Source of the DNA: Camelus ferus
Lineage: Eukaryota
Reading direction: 5' to 3'
DNA length: 64,000 nt
Assembly (NCBI RefSeq): GCF_009834535.1
Contig: NC_045707.1
Coordinates: 63,056,001-63,120,000, forward strand
Each line of letters begins with the position of its first letter. Position 1 is the first letter of the stretch. Positions 40,101-52,868 of this stretch are shown one piece after another. The position numbers were made by a program, and so were the translations under genes. The notes under the pieces are model-generated. The model did not search any database, was not told the DNA's origin, and worked only from the letters and a program-made list of their open reading frames with translations.

Positions 40101-43100
40101 TAATAACAGGATTAAAAAAAGGGTTTTGATACTTACAGCTGAATCCCTGATGTTCTGATTGTTGAATGATCAGCTCGTGACACGAGGATTCAAAGCAAAA
40201 CCAGGCTCCCTGCTATTGAGGATGCTCACTCTGAAGCCTTTCAGCTTCAAAGGAGCACCTGCCTGTCTAGACTGAGGCCATAAATACCCTCTGGGCCTCA
40301 AAAGCACTGGATTTTACATCGCTGGGGGTGTCAGAATCACATGAAGTGCTTCATGGAATGAAGATTTCTAGGTAGTCGCGGGAACAGGCAATTTTAATAA
40401 AACATCGCAGGTGGCCTCTCAGCTCATACTCAAAGCATCACTGCGCCCGAATGGGCAGAACATTTCCAACAAGCAGCACGATGGATAACTCAAATTCGTG
40501 ACAGGAGAAACACTAAGAGAATACCATCACAGGCCAGGACCCAGGCATCTAAGCTGAGAGGAGTATTCAGGTCTTTATGTTTTATGCTAAATGACACATA
40601 TCTACTCAAATAAAGTTGGTAGTATAAATGACCATTTTGGAGGAAGCTCTCCTTAAGTAATGTAAATTATTTGTGAACAGAAAGGTATTTCAAATTCTTG
40701 GGAAGTTGAGAGAGATCCTCGAGAAATTCTTATGAAATCTCAGGCTTCAAAACAGTTAGAAAATCAAAAGAATCACAATTTTGTGTCAAATATGACCAGA
40801 CGGTACTAACTACAATGTCAATTATGAATTTCTTAAACATTTGTGAGAAGTTAAAGAGCAGATATGTATTCATTCAAACAAGTTTGTACTTGCATTTGGA
40901 AATTTAGATTGTTTCTTCTTAAAATAGAATGGCTTATGCAAATCCACTTAACCTGCAAACAGCACCCGCACTTTCGTTAACTCCAGGGTGCAGGCCGTTT
41001 GCTATGAAAATGGATCAAACCTACAAAAAGATGTCAAAATATCTCTCTTCTGCTCTCTACTCAGCCAGCACTCTCAGACATTAGGCATTACTATTAAAAC
41101 ATTCTCACCTACAGAGCTGAAACACCAATTTGGCACCGGAAGGTGACAAATTTGCTTTTGATTGAATGCAGTACGATTTAAAAGTGTCCAAGAGAGTTCG
41201 CCGTCCTCAAGAGTCACAGGCCTGCCCTCAGTGCCTCAGGAGGTTTGTGCTTCTCAGAAGCACCTGGTGTGTCTGGTAGCTCCCCCGAAATCCTTACCCA
41301 AGGACAACATGTGTGACTGCACCCTCAAAAGCTTTCTAAATATAGCTCAAAGGAACACGTTACCTCATTCTCTAACCTTGAGCGTCCGCCTGCAGAAACA
41401 GGGTGGCTTGAAAATTCAGAGATATACTCTATCTAGCCTTTTCCTGGGTTATCACAGAAAGAAAGCAGAAGACTCCCAGCTCATTATAGTAAATGCCCTG
41501 AAAATGCTTTCAAACTATTTTTAACATTTACTGTGACAAAGTGTTGCATAAACTAAGACTAATTTAGAGGCCTTTTGGAGATGAATGTTTAAGTAATTGC
41601 ATGCAGAAAGGTATAAAATGAGACGGCGTCAAGGTGACTTTTTTGTGTATCTCAAGAGGAGCCTTAGCTGATAGTGACAAATAGATCATTAAATCCCCAG
41701 CCTCACAGACGTGAGAAGTACTGTGATCTCCCGGGGATGGCCACAAAGCTCCTGAATGGACTCACCATGCGTCACTGCTCAGAGCATGGACAGCCCTGCC
41801 CTGGTCAGAAGGGCTGAAAGGGGGATGTCTATGAGCTAATTTCAAAAGCCTTTGGTCAATGGCAGAAAATTGGAAGCATACAGCCAACAATAAATCTTAT
41901 TTTGCAATAAACAATTTTATCACGTTCAGGATTTCATACATATTTAATTGTAATCATTTTGCACACATGTTCTGATGGCTTAACAAAAGATAAATAAGAA
42001 CATAATCACGCATGGATATTTCTCCCAAATGAGTCTAATATAAACCGCTAAAGAATCATCCTTCTCTCTCTGCCCACTGAGTACAATATAAAATCCACTT
42101 TAATCAGTATTCCCAGGATTCTATTATTAATAACTCTCATGATTCCATTATAAAATACAACTAAGGAAGAAAAATGTTTATGCTGAGATTATAGAGTACT
42201 TTTTTTTTTAAAGGTAGGAACTGAAGAAGGAATTCTGAAACTAAACAGCCCTTGTGAAATCAGAATTTATAAAGCAGTAGAGAGGGTCAGAGGGATCCGG
42301 GATCCTTAATTGGGTTTTGGATTAAGCACAGCGATGTTGGGGTGGAGTGCAGTAGTCCTGTTATCCCCATAACAGAGTGGGGAAATCAGGGCAAAATGTC
42401 CAGTTGCCAAGGTATTTCACATAAAAGGTTTCTAAGTCGTTCCTTCTCCATTTCCCCCACAAAAGGTCAGCACGTTACAGTCGAAACATTCAGCTATCAG
42501 CGTGGGAAAAGCTACTTCTCTTCATCTGGCCCGATTCAGTTTGCAGTCACTTTCTAGGCACATCGTGCTACTATTTTCCACAGTGAGGGAAGAAAGGATG
42601 AACACGTGTTTTGCAGGAGAAACTGTCAACAAGGTACACGGCAGCCACCAGAAGCTATAGAAGAACTTCTAATAAAAACCACGATGGAAGAAGTCCCACA
42701 AGGTGCAGATTAGCACCACTCAGTTTGCAAACATCATTAAGGCAATTTTAACGGTGCCGTTACCAGCTCTGAAAGTAGAGCTCAGAAACGAACCCCACGT
42801 ATACAGGCAAGGTTGGGGCACGCTCCTAATCTGCTTCCTTATGAGCCATTCTATTTCCACTGAATTTCTAGTTTTCCTAACATATCTCAGAATTTATAAA
42901 CTCTGAAACAAGTTGATAAAAAAGGTATTTACTAATTAATTTTTAACTTACAGAGTCATCAAAAATGTATTAAGTGCTACTGATGACTGCTCACCAGCAC
43001 TCAGAGCACTTCTCAGTGTGATGTTCGCCACCTCCGGGTCCAGGTCCTTATGCTTGCTGTTAAAAAACACTAATATTTTAAAAGCGATAACTGCTATCTT

Positions 43101-44279
43101 ATTTCGTAACAACATGTGCAAACTAAGTTGTAAGAATCTACTCTTGTTAAGGCTTTTCAGGTGATCGGGTTCTTAGTGGAATAGCCTAAACATAATTTTT
43201 AAAGATATGCTATTCAGGCTAAAAATATGTATTATGGCATTAATAATGCAATAAGTTGGCATGTGTTCTGCATAATTGAATTTTCCAGGAAACTGGTGAC
43301 TAAATGAGTAAATGAGTGTGGTAACTGCCCAGGGCAAGGGTGATGATGATGATGAGAGTGATGATGATTGAGCTCTGGAACTCTTTTGGATATGAACAAA
43401 TGTTCCAAGTCTTTTTCACGTGTTTTGACTATTTTTTAAGACGAAATATCAGACAGGTCCACAACCCAGTGACACACATTTTATAGCTCTTTAAAATCAT
43501 ACTCAGAGCATGTTAATAACGCTTTAAATGTCCAAATCCAGTGGTCATTATACTTCTTACTGCAAATCTTCCAAATTTCCAGTTTCTACCACATATTAAG
43601 CTAATAAATAACTTCAATAAGAGTTCTCACATTATCCAGCTGCCAATTCCACCCCTCAAATCTATTCTTTAACCCGTTTACTGCATGAGCAGTTGTGGGA
43701 ACAGTTCTCTTGCCCTAAGTTCATCCTCCAGTTTACACTTTTTCCTGCTCTCGTCTTCTTACTTTTAAACCTTTCATGGGCCTCCATAACAAACTTTCAT
43801 TCTTCTACTGTTATTTCCTGTATGCTGTCCTCCGTCATCTTTCCAGACTACGTTAATTCTTTACCTCCCAATGCATTCGTAGTATTTTATTCATAGCACT
43901 TACATACTGAATACAGTTAACTGTCTACACTGTATGGCCCCTGCTAGACTATACATTCATTGAAAACAAGAAATGCATCTTGTTCATTTTTGTATCTCCC
44001 AGTCTAGCAATGCTTCTCCAAAACCAAAAACAAACATGAACGCCCAAAAACAGCAACAACAAAGCGAGGCATTTTAGTCACTAACTTCAAAGTTCGAGTC
44101 ATAACACAATGATATTTGCAAGGCAATCGATTAATTCCTTATTCCCAAGTAATGAAAATGAGAGCAGGTCAGTGCCGAAGCAGTGCCATTGGCCATAGAA
44201 GTGTATGCCACAAAAAATGAGGAAACGGTATGGCATTACCAGAACCCATGTACATAAAATTATAGCACTTAATTTAGGG

Positions 44280-45420
44280 ACCTGAAAAAAATGGGAGAAA
44301 TGACATGTTTTGGTATTGGAAAGCCCACATTTGAAAAGATGTTAATTCTTAAAAATTAACTTATAAATCCAGTGCATATTCAGTCATAACTACAGCAGGA
44401 TTTTTTAATGGGCTTTGTCAAACTGACTCTAAAATCTCTTCTTAAGAGAAAATATGTAGGATTTTGAACAAGAACAAAAGAAAATGTCGTCAATCACAAC
44501 ATACTATAAAGCTAAACTAATTAGAGTGATATGGTACTAGTGCTGTAAAGAACACAGACCAATTAAGCAGGATTGAACCAATTTCCTAAGATATGAGCAT
44601 TTGCATTAAGATAAAGATATCATTTCAAATCTGTGAATAAGAAAGGCCTTTTAAACAAATGGGATAAAATAATTGGTTATAAATGAACTACTGTTAAAAA
44701 AAATGAGACCACTCTTCTATTCTATAATAAAAACTAATTAAATAAGGAAAGGTTGAAGAGATAGATGTAAAAATAAAATAGCTTTCAAAGAAAAAAATGA
44801 AAGATTTTTTCAAAATCTTCAGATAAAGAAAATCTTCTATGGAAGTCAGAACCAGAGAAACAGAATGCTACAAAAGGGATAACTTAACAAATAAATTAAA
44901 AGCCGCTGAGATTATGAAATACACCACAAAGTAAAACAATAAATAAATAATAGTAAATAAAAGACATAGTATTGAGAGAAAATACTGTAAAATTGTATAC
45001 AACAAAAAGGATTAATACCCCAAAACATCCAAAAGACATAGGAAAATGGAGTAGGAAAAATACCTCAACCATCTTCTATCAGATTTTTCTCTTTCTTTTT
45101 CTTTTAATCAGGTAACAATTCACAGAAGAAAACAAAATGCAAAAAGCAAATGTATAGGAAAAGGTGTACAAGTTAACCAGTTCTGTAACAACTTCAAAAA
45201 ATTTATCTTTGCTGCTATACTGTCAAAAATGTCAAAGATGCATGTTCTTTTTTTATCATGGAGGGTTTGAGGGAATCAGACCCCCTTATACGTAGTTGAT
45301 GAAGAGTTCAACTGGGCAAGCCTTTGGAATTCAATTTGTAATATTTATCAAAATGTTTATACTCTTTGAACCAAAAATTCCACTTCAAGAATCAATCCTA
45401 TAAAAATACACTTACGTATG
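44280..45420 (+). mobile_element. Highly decayed L1 (L1ME-like) ORF2 fragment
   Basis: A-rich, with collinear L1 ORF2 remnants (ATACTATAAAGCT...ATATGGTACTAG, TTTTAAACAAATGGGATAAAATAATTGG, CTTTGAACCAAAAATTCCACTTCAAGAATC). Boundaries approximate. Confidence 0.65.
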
Positions 45421-46374
45421 GAAAAATGGAATAAAATGGAATAAAGCTCCTCAGACTTATTTTTATAAACGAGTCATATTCCCAACAGACAAGAGAAATG
45501 GGAAGGAATTTCATATAATGGGCAACAGGCTAGGTTGGGCTATTGTTTGGAGTTGAATGTCACCCCCCACCCCTCAATTAAAAGCCAGGCACCTTTAGCT
45601 AAGTGACTTAACCCCCTCACCCTCCATGTCTCAGCCATAGTAAACCTTTGGTGGCCATAGTAACCACACTCACTCCATGGATTTACTCAGAAAACTGAAC
45701 AGGGCCATTCACCGAAGTCTCAGTACAGTACCTGGAACATAAATTTTGATAAATATTTGCCATTCTTCTATTTTTTTATCTGTAAATAAGCCAAAAAGAG
45801 CATGATGTGTGTTTGGGAAACTGAAAGAAGGTTGGTAACAAAACTTTGAAACATTTACCTGAATACACTGAAATATGAATAACCCTTAACTCCAAGTAAG
45901 TATAGGGTATTTCCAAGTGCCGAATAAATCTAATTTTGTGTTTATTTACTTTCATGCTAACAGGAAAATTATCTCATGATCAGGAAGCAAAACAGTTTAA
46001 TGTATATTGAAAGAGATTTGCTTATTTTCCTGGCAAATTTGTATAAATGATAATGAAATTGTTTACTTCAAACGTTTAAGGCTTCCAAAATTATAACTGA
46101 AAGCTATGTTCTCTGTTAGTCAAGAAGAAACTTAATTTAAAAAAAAAATTCCTACACTGAAATTAAATGAAATATTTCATTAAAAATAACTTCTATCATT
46201 TCATACAGAGAGATCCCTTCCTTTCAATTTCCATCAGCCTTCTGTCTTTAGGATGTCAACTGCTTATTTGCTTTCTCACCATCATTTCAAATCTGTAAGT
46301 ATTCACACGAACTACCATTTTAAAGCCCCTCGATTTTTCTAGATCTCCTGGCTCTTTTTATATATAAATGAAAT

Positions 46375-46575
46375 GCAGCATGGTTCTATAGCCAGACCAC
46401 TTGGACAAAGCCCTGACTCTGTCAATTACTAGCTGTGTGATGTTAGGCAAATTACTTGACCTCTCTGAGCCTCCATTTCCTCATCAATATGATGGGAATA
46501 ATAATACATATCTATTTATAAGGTTGTGGTGAGAATTAAACAAATTACTACATGTCAAACAGAACAGTGTCTAGA
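46375..46575 (+). mobile_element. MIR SINE
   Basis: Core TTACTAGCTGTGTGATGTTAGGCAAATTACTTGACCTCTCTGAGCCTCCATTTCCTCATC...GGGAATAATAATAC...GGTTGTGGTGAGAATTAAA. Confidence 0.88.
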
Positions 46576-46892
46576 ATCTTATGTTTAACTAGCTACTGAG
46601 AAACTAGTTCTCTTCTAGTTCCCTAAACTTTCCTTGTGGAACTCAACATAGCCTTCTTTTTCCTGCTTCTCTATCAGTGCAGTGTTACATTAAGTACACT
46701 CTCTAACTGGCTTTCTGCACTCTCTAAACTTCTATGTCAAAATAATCTTCATGGCATACCTCCTGCTTTCTTCAAAGTCTTCACAGCTTTCTTAATCATT
46801 ACCCCATGTAGCAGTAGCTCAGTAGGACTTCCTCCCCCTCTAATATTTCTAAATTTTTCCCAGTAACATCAGATCATTACAATTAAAACTAT

Positions 46893-47108
46893 ATTTGCAG
46901 ATACTAATTACCATATATAAAATAGATAAATAAGTTTATACTGTATAGCACAGGGAACCATATTCATTATCTTGTAGCAACTTACGGTTAAAAAGAATAT
47001 GAAACAGAATATATGTAAATTCCTATAGGACTGAAGCACTATGCTGTACACCAGAAATTGACACAGCATTGTAAATTGACTATACTTCAATAAAAATGTA
47101 TTTTAAAA
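46893..47108 (+). mobile_element. 5'-truncated L1 3'UTR with TSD
   Basis: L1 tail as above; exact 12-bp TSD aattaaaactat at 46881-46892 and 47109-47120. Confidence 0.88.
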
Positions 47109-47812
47109 AATTAAAACTATCCTTGGGTGTGAGGCAATACAAAATATTAAAAGGATTGAGTTTATTTCACTATTTAGTCTCAAGATTGAGTAAAATAGCT
47201 TGGGTTTATGATCAACATTATTTTAAAGGAATAACTATTTAATGACTAGTCAAAGGAGTAACTAACTTTAACATTATAAATCTAACTATGAAATAGCATG
47301 AAAAATACTACAACTATTACTCTAACTTCTGCTACAAGATTGATATATATTTTGTCCAGAACAGCTTTACCCAGCGGAATATTTATTTCTGTCTTGCAGC
47401 ACAAGCTTTTCGTAATGAATCACATTCAAAAATACATTAAAAAAAGATGGACTAGTATATGTCAGGAAAAAAAATTGCTGATGCTGGAAGGTATTTTTCA
47501 TCAAAAATTAAATATGGCACAATGGTCATTTTGTAGAGTTCATTAATGAAATTGGAAAGAGATTATTAATCTCGAGTGTTACATTGAACTTGCAGCGAAA
47601 ATTGATCAAGCTTCCCCTGACTCAGAAATGCCCCGTGGCTACTATTGATCAAGAGTTTGGGACACGGATTACAATTCATATCCAAACACAAAGAACGTGA
47701 GATAGAAACTATTTTTAAAAGAGTTCTTCTTTAAAACATACATATTATTTAGCTTAACAGAGGAAGCTTTATGGGCATGAGTTTTATTGTGGAAATCCAC
47801 AGGAAAACATAC

Positions 47813-47868
47813 CTGGCGAGGCTGAAGGCATCGTCGATCAGACCTGCTCGGTTACTGACAGAGAGAAC
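47813..47868 (-). CDS. TRHDE: TRHDE coding exon (56 nt, probable exon 12): VLSVSNRAGLIDDAFSLA(R)
   Basis: Boundaries cctcatag|GTTCTCTCT...CTCGCCAG|gtatgt. RAxLIDDAFxLA motif. Separated from the previous exon by a 99-nt intron. Phase 0/2. Confidence 0.95.
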
Positions 47869-47967
47869 CTATGAGGTCAATCAGAATACAAAAATGGAAT
47901 CACTTAGAATTAAAATGGCAGGTGTCCCCATGTCAAAACCGATCTTTGACGAGTAAATCCAGCTTAC

Positions 47968-48101
47968 CTCATGGTTCCTGATTAATTGATCAATTAATAA
48001 TCTCCAATTCCTTAAATCATAGTTGACTCTAAAATAGCCTGTTTGATTGATGTTCCCCAGCAACCAGCTTCCTTTGTCCAAAGAAGTTATTCTGTGATGC
48101 T
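47968..48101 (-). CDS. TRHDE: TRHDE coding exon (134 nt, probable exon 11): (E)HHRITSLDKGSWLLGNINQTGYFRVNYDLRNWRLLIDQLIRNHE
   Basis: Lies within ORF 47881..48114. Boundaries tgttttcag|AGCATC...CATGAG|gtaagc. GYFRVNYD marks the start of the ERAP1-like C-terminal domain. Phase 1/0. Confidence 0.96.
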
Positions 48102-51100
48102 CTGAAAACAGCATTTTGGGGAGTAAAACAGATTTAAAACGTTAAGGGTTAACATGGTATGAAGTATGTTTTCTTAATACCAGATATCACAACACCAAAA
48201 ACTGAAAAAGGACACCATGCTAAATTTCTAATTGAAGTCTACTATTCAATCAGTCACTGTATCTAGAATTTGCTAGAGAACCTTTCAAATAGGTCACTTG
48301 TTATTACTCAATTGTTTTCTTATAATTAACATATTTGTTCTTGATAAAAGCTTATTACCTATACACAATTTTCTTTCTGAAGATAAATGTGACCAAGAAA
48401 CCTACTTCTGCATTCATTTGGCTTCTGGTATATGTAGAGATTGTGTATCTATCGGAGGTTAGAATAAGAGGAGGCTTTAGATGCATAATCTACTTATTTT
48501 ACTCAGTAAGAAAGTGGTTAAAACAATAGGGTTCATCTATTTGAAAGTCACTGTTATTTCTCACCTTCTTCCTTGGAAGGACTGATAAATAACAGACTTT
48601 CCAGCATCATCAATAATGCTGGGCAAAGAAACCTCATCCGCTTTAGACTCTAATATTTCTACATATAATTAAAGCAAATATAATAAATTCTGCTTATTGG
48701 AATCACTTTGGAAAATGGTAAGTTGATTATGTTCTCTGGCTAATTCAATTAAAGGAAGCCAGTAAAAGCAATCTTACAACGTACAATGTTAACCCCTTCA
48801 AATACGGTACAGATGGAGAACTCAGTCACTTCTAATGTCAGCCTTTATTGACTTCCCACAACCACAGTTTACAATTCTAATCACTTTAGAATTTTGTTGC
48901 TGATGTCCTCAGGACTCATGCTTCATAGAAGCTGCATAAGTATGAGGTTTACTTAAAATTTATATTTTACACACACACACATCGGTCTATCAAATGTTCA
49001 CAAGGACTCAAAGCCAGAAAATGCATCAGGGAAGCCATCTGTGTCATTTCTGAGTAAGACCCCAGTCTCTAATTCTCATTCTCTTATCAAAGTATTTACA
49101 CATCAGACTGCAAAACAAATTTTATTTACACATTAGACTACAAAACAAGTTTTATTTCTATTTTTGAAACACTGAATTTACAGAGTACCCTCGCTCAAGT
49201 GGAAACCATACAGGAAAAGGTTATGCCACAAAAATGACTGGATGATCATTAATGGTTATTCATTGCTCTGGTCTGGAACAGGGTGGGCCAGCTTATCCAA
49301 TGCATGGTACATATTATCAATTTTCAAAAACGTGCAGGAAAAAAATACTTAAATATAAACGTATATGGAACACCGAAATCTAATCTTTAAAGTTTCAAAT
49401 AGCACGTCCACTTCTTCAGCACTCTGATAAAGCTCATCTGTTAGAAGAGATAGAGAAACGAGGCTCAGAAAGGTTAACTGAACCGTCTGCCAAGCTGGAG
49501 ATGGTGCATCTCGGGTCTCCTGCCTCCCATGTCCTTCTTACACGTTATACTCTATTGACACAAGATGGTATAACACATTTACTGTAATAAAATACATCCT
49601 TATATTGACTTGAAAAGGGAGGAAATGGCATGGGAAACCAGGATTAGAGCAAGAGTGGGAAAGCTGAATCCTTGTACCACTTGGCCTGTACGTGATGTCT
49701 GAAATTTGGCCATTGAGTCTCTTTGTTCTCAATGTCCTTACCTATAACCTAAAGGCCAGCTAACGGCATTTAGGGTCCCTTCCATTCCTATAATTCAGTG
49801 GAAGAAGGGGTTATTTTTCTTAGTTTGAGACTTTTACCCAGCTAAATCTGTGGTAATAAGGAAAAGTAATCTGACAGATATAACTCTGAAATATTAATAG
49901 CTTCCCAAATTTCTGATACTTTGTATTTATATATTTTTTTCAAAAATATAATGGGTTTATCCATACAATTTATGTGAAGCTTTAGAATATCCCATTTTGC
50001 ACATGTAAAAATAAAAACAAATAATTTTTTAAAATATGACATTTTAAAAACTGAAACTCATAAAGATTTTAATTAATCATGTCTGCCTTTACCAAAAAAA
50101 AATTAAGATTGAAATATTGATGATATTATTTCTTTTTTAATAACTCTGTCTTCAAGAATGATAAAATTTTTTATAACAATATATATTTAAATTACTTTTG
50201 AATTCACTTGGGTTAAGAATAAGTTCGATCATCTAAGAAGTGGGTTTTTTTTTTTAAGAAATTACAATATTAAAGCACTTGAGTTTAGTATATGAACACA
50301 TGATTTGACTTGTTACAGCACTGAAATGCTCATGGTCTCCTATGATATTAAATCTATTTTTTAAAATTACTTTCAGCTGACATTTTAGATAGCTTAGAAC
50401 GACTTAACTTCACGTGACACCCTCGGCTCTAGTTTTTAAACTCCCTGAATTTAACAAATTATGGGCAGAATAGAGACCAATTAATACAGGAAAGCAATCC
50501 CTACACCTTCTATGTCATCTGAGAAGAAAAAGAAAGGCAGGAATCTATTGTTTTTAAGTATGCTGTTATTAAATTAATAACTAAAACCTGAAGGTTATTA
50601 CTGTTCATGAATATTTTTATGCCTTTGGTATAAATGAAATCTTTGGAGGAATGATTCTCTGAAAGATTTTGTAATAGATTTTTAAATATCTTTTTCATTC
50701 TAGTTAATTATATCTCCAAAATGTTCTCCAAATTAACTAATGGCAGGCAATGAATTTTAAAGAGCTCTTTTCCAGTGGCCTAATGAGGTACAGTATACGA
50801 TGAGTACCACAGTAAAAAGTATGGAAGCTGTATTTCGGGTGTCAGTAATAACAATTAAAATTTGTATTTAGAATGTAAAATGGCACAAGACATAGACTCT
50901 ATCAAGGCACAGGGTAGTTGGCATTTTATAATATGCTATGTTTTTATGTTCTCTACTTTCTTTAGGAATAAAAAGAGAAAGGAGATTAGATCTTTCTACT
51001 CAATGTTGACTACTCTGGTTGTAGAAGAGTCAAAACTTAAAACAACAAAAAAATCAATCCAGGGTAACAAGTCTAACAATGTGAAACAGACTCAGGTATG

Positions 51101-51192
51101 ACACCTGTTGATTTTCTCACTGGACTCTTGCGAGAATCAAATTAGATAACAAATTATTTAATGTTCTGTGGAAACTACAGAGAACCCAGAGA

Positions 51193-51195
<3 letters not shown>

Positions 51196-51226
<31 letters not shown>
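51196..51226 (+). repeat. (TG)15 microsatellite; a second shorter (TG)n follows at about 51298-51315
   Basis: Perfect TG run. Confidence 0.95.
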
Positions 51227-51228
<2 letters not shown>

Positions 51229-51675
51229 AATGGCAAAGTGTTGAGTAACTGACAGATCTGCAAAGTAACTTTTAAAGTATTAAAATCTTACATGTATGTG
51301 TGTGTGTGTGTGTGTTAGAGAAAATAAACTTAGAAAAGAAAAATCATGCTCCTAAAACACTATGAGCAAGTTATTTCTCGAGCTTTAATTCCCTCATTTG
51401 TAACATGGGGAAAATTTTAATACTCACCTTAAAGGTTTGTGAGTTTCATATGAGCCAATGCTTAAGGAAAGTATTATGCTATTTTTAATGTTTACTTCTA
51501 ATTGTCAGCATCAATTTCCCTTTTATTTTGAGTCTCTTCTTTCCTAACATTTGGCAGTAAATGTATTCCCTTCCATTGCACATGAATTAACATCCAGTCA
51601 ACACACAGGCTACTGCATTTATAAATGTCTGCATACTCAGCATTTTCATAGTGAAAACAAAAGAGGTGAGTCCTT

Positions 51676-51770
51676 GGGAGAGGGTAGAGCTCAGTGGTAG
51701 AGGGCATGCTTAGCATGCAGGAGGTCCTGGGTTCAATCCCCAGTACCTCCATTTTAAAATAAATAAATAA
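51676..51770 (+). mobile_element. tRNA-Ala(AGC)-derived SINE, camelid vic-1-like (short form)
   Basis: GGGAGAGGGTAGAGCTCAGTGGTAGAGGGCATGCTTAGCATGCAGGAGGTCCTGGGTTCAATCCCCAGTACCTCCA followed by an (AAAT)n tail. Pol III A- and B-box remnants. Degenerate flanking repeat aaaagaggtgagtcctt / aaaagagacaaatcctt. Confidence 0.85.
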
Positions 51771-52464
51771 AAGAGACAAATCCTTCTACCTGTTTCCAAT
51801 AACTTAAAAAGTGGTTTTAAAACTATTTTAAGACTAAAATGATCTGTGCCTTCACTTGGAATTAATTAGATATTCATCTGAAGGGTTTAAAAAATTGAAG
51901 TGTCAAGAGAATATAATAATTCAAATCAAATTCATACTTTATATTGTTCACCAATGGCTTGACCTTAGTTTCATGTGACATCAAATCAATATTGCTGATA
52001 ATGAAAAATTACAAGAACATTGATCTGATTGTTATAATTAAAAGGTCGAAAGTTTTAGATATATTTATAAGAATTGACTAGAATATTTTTTACTGCTTCT
52101 ATGAAGAAACATTTTTTCATTGATATTAGTTGACTGTATTTTGAAAAAAAGAAGTAACAACATCTAAAAGGAGACAGATTTTGCAATCTTTTTTTTCCCC
52201 CCTAATCTTTGCCTGGTGTCAGTTTTTTATTTGTCATCAGAATGAAGGAGTTCAAGACAAAACTAAATGTATCTAGAATGTGACTAAACAGGGAAATTAG
52301 AAAAGTTGCCTTTCTTTTAGGTCCCTCGTGGAAACTTCTTCCAGAGTTACATATTTATAAAGTTTTCAAGAAACATTTACTCAGTATGGGCATTCCCTAC
52401 AAAAGCCTTAAAATTTCAACTGGGACAATGTTTTATCAACCAGAAGGCTCTACTATGATTGAAT

Positions 52465-52610
52465 AGAAAGTGACACATAGCACTCTGTAGGCTGCACCGT
52501 GCACAACTTTGGGGTGAGGGAATGTAGAGTTAATATCATAGTTGATATAAATAGCAGCTCCCAGAGTGATGCTCTGCACAAACTATGCAGCTGTGTACGC
52601 CAACCAAGGT
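52465..52610. mobile_element. MER91-like (hAT-Tip100) palindromic MITE
   Basis: TGTAGGCTGCACCGTGCACAACTTTGGGG ... CTCCCAGAGTGATGCTCTGCACAAACTATGCAGCTGTGTACG resembles the recalled MER91A consensus with its inverted arms. Confidence 0.55.
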
Positions 52611-52754
52611 ATTTCCATAGGTGACGTCTTAGGCATACAAATGGTTTGCAATAGCGTGCTGTTATTATTTCTGATTAATAATAAAAGACTATAAATAAGA
52701 ACAACTTCTCACAAACAACCTGCGGCTATTGGTCAAGAAAAGCCACGAGAGTAA

Positions 52755-52868
52755 TTACCTGTAATGAAGTATAATCTGCCAAAAATACCAAATCGCTATG
52801 CTGTACGCCTGAAACTAATTTAATACTGTGAATCAACTTATATTCAAATTATAGTTCACTTAAAAAAA
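52755..52868 (+). mobile_element. Short L1 3' terminal fragment
   Basis: ATCGCTATGCTGTACGCCTGAAACTAAT...TGTGAATCAACT, similar to the end of the 33361-33994 copy. Confidence 0.65.

Noticed and set aside
41162..41524. 120-aa + strand ORF in unique sequence
   Set aside because: Non-ATG start, no recognisable homology or splice context, and a length within chance expectation for 64 kb in six frames.
51676..51751. Possible functional tRNA-Ala(AGC) gene
   Set aside because: The 5' end is extended, stems are mismatched, an (AAAT)n tail follows, and a related copy with TSD exists at 63481-63628. It is a SINE.
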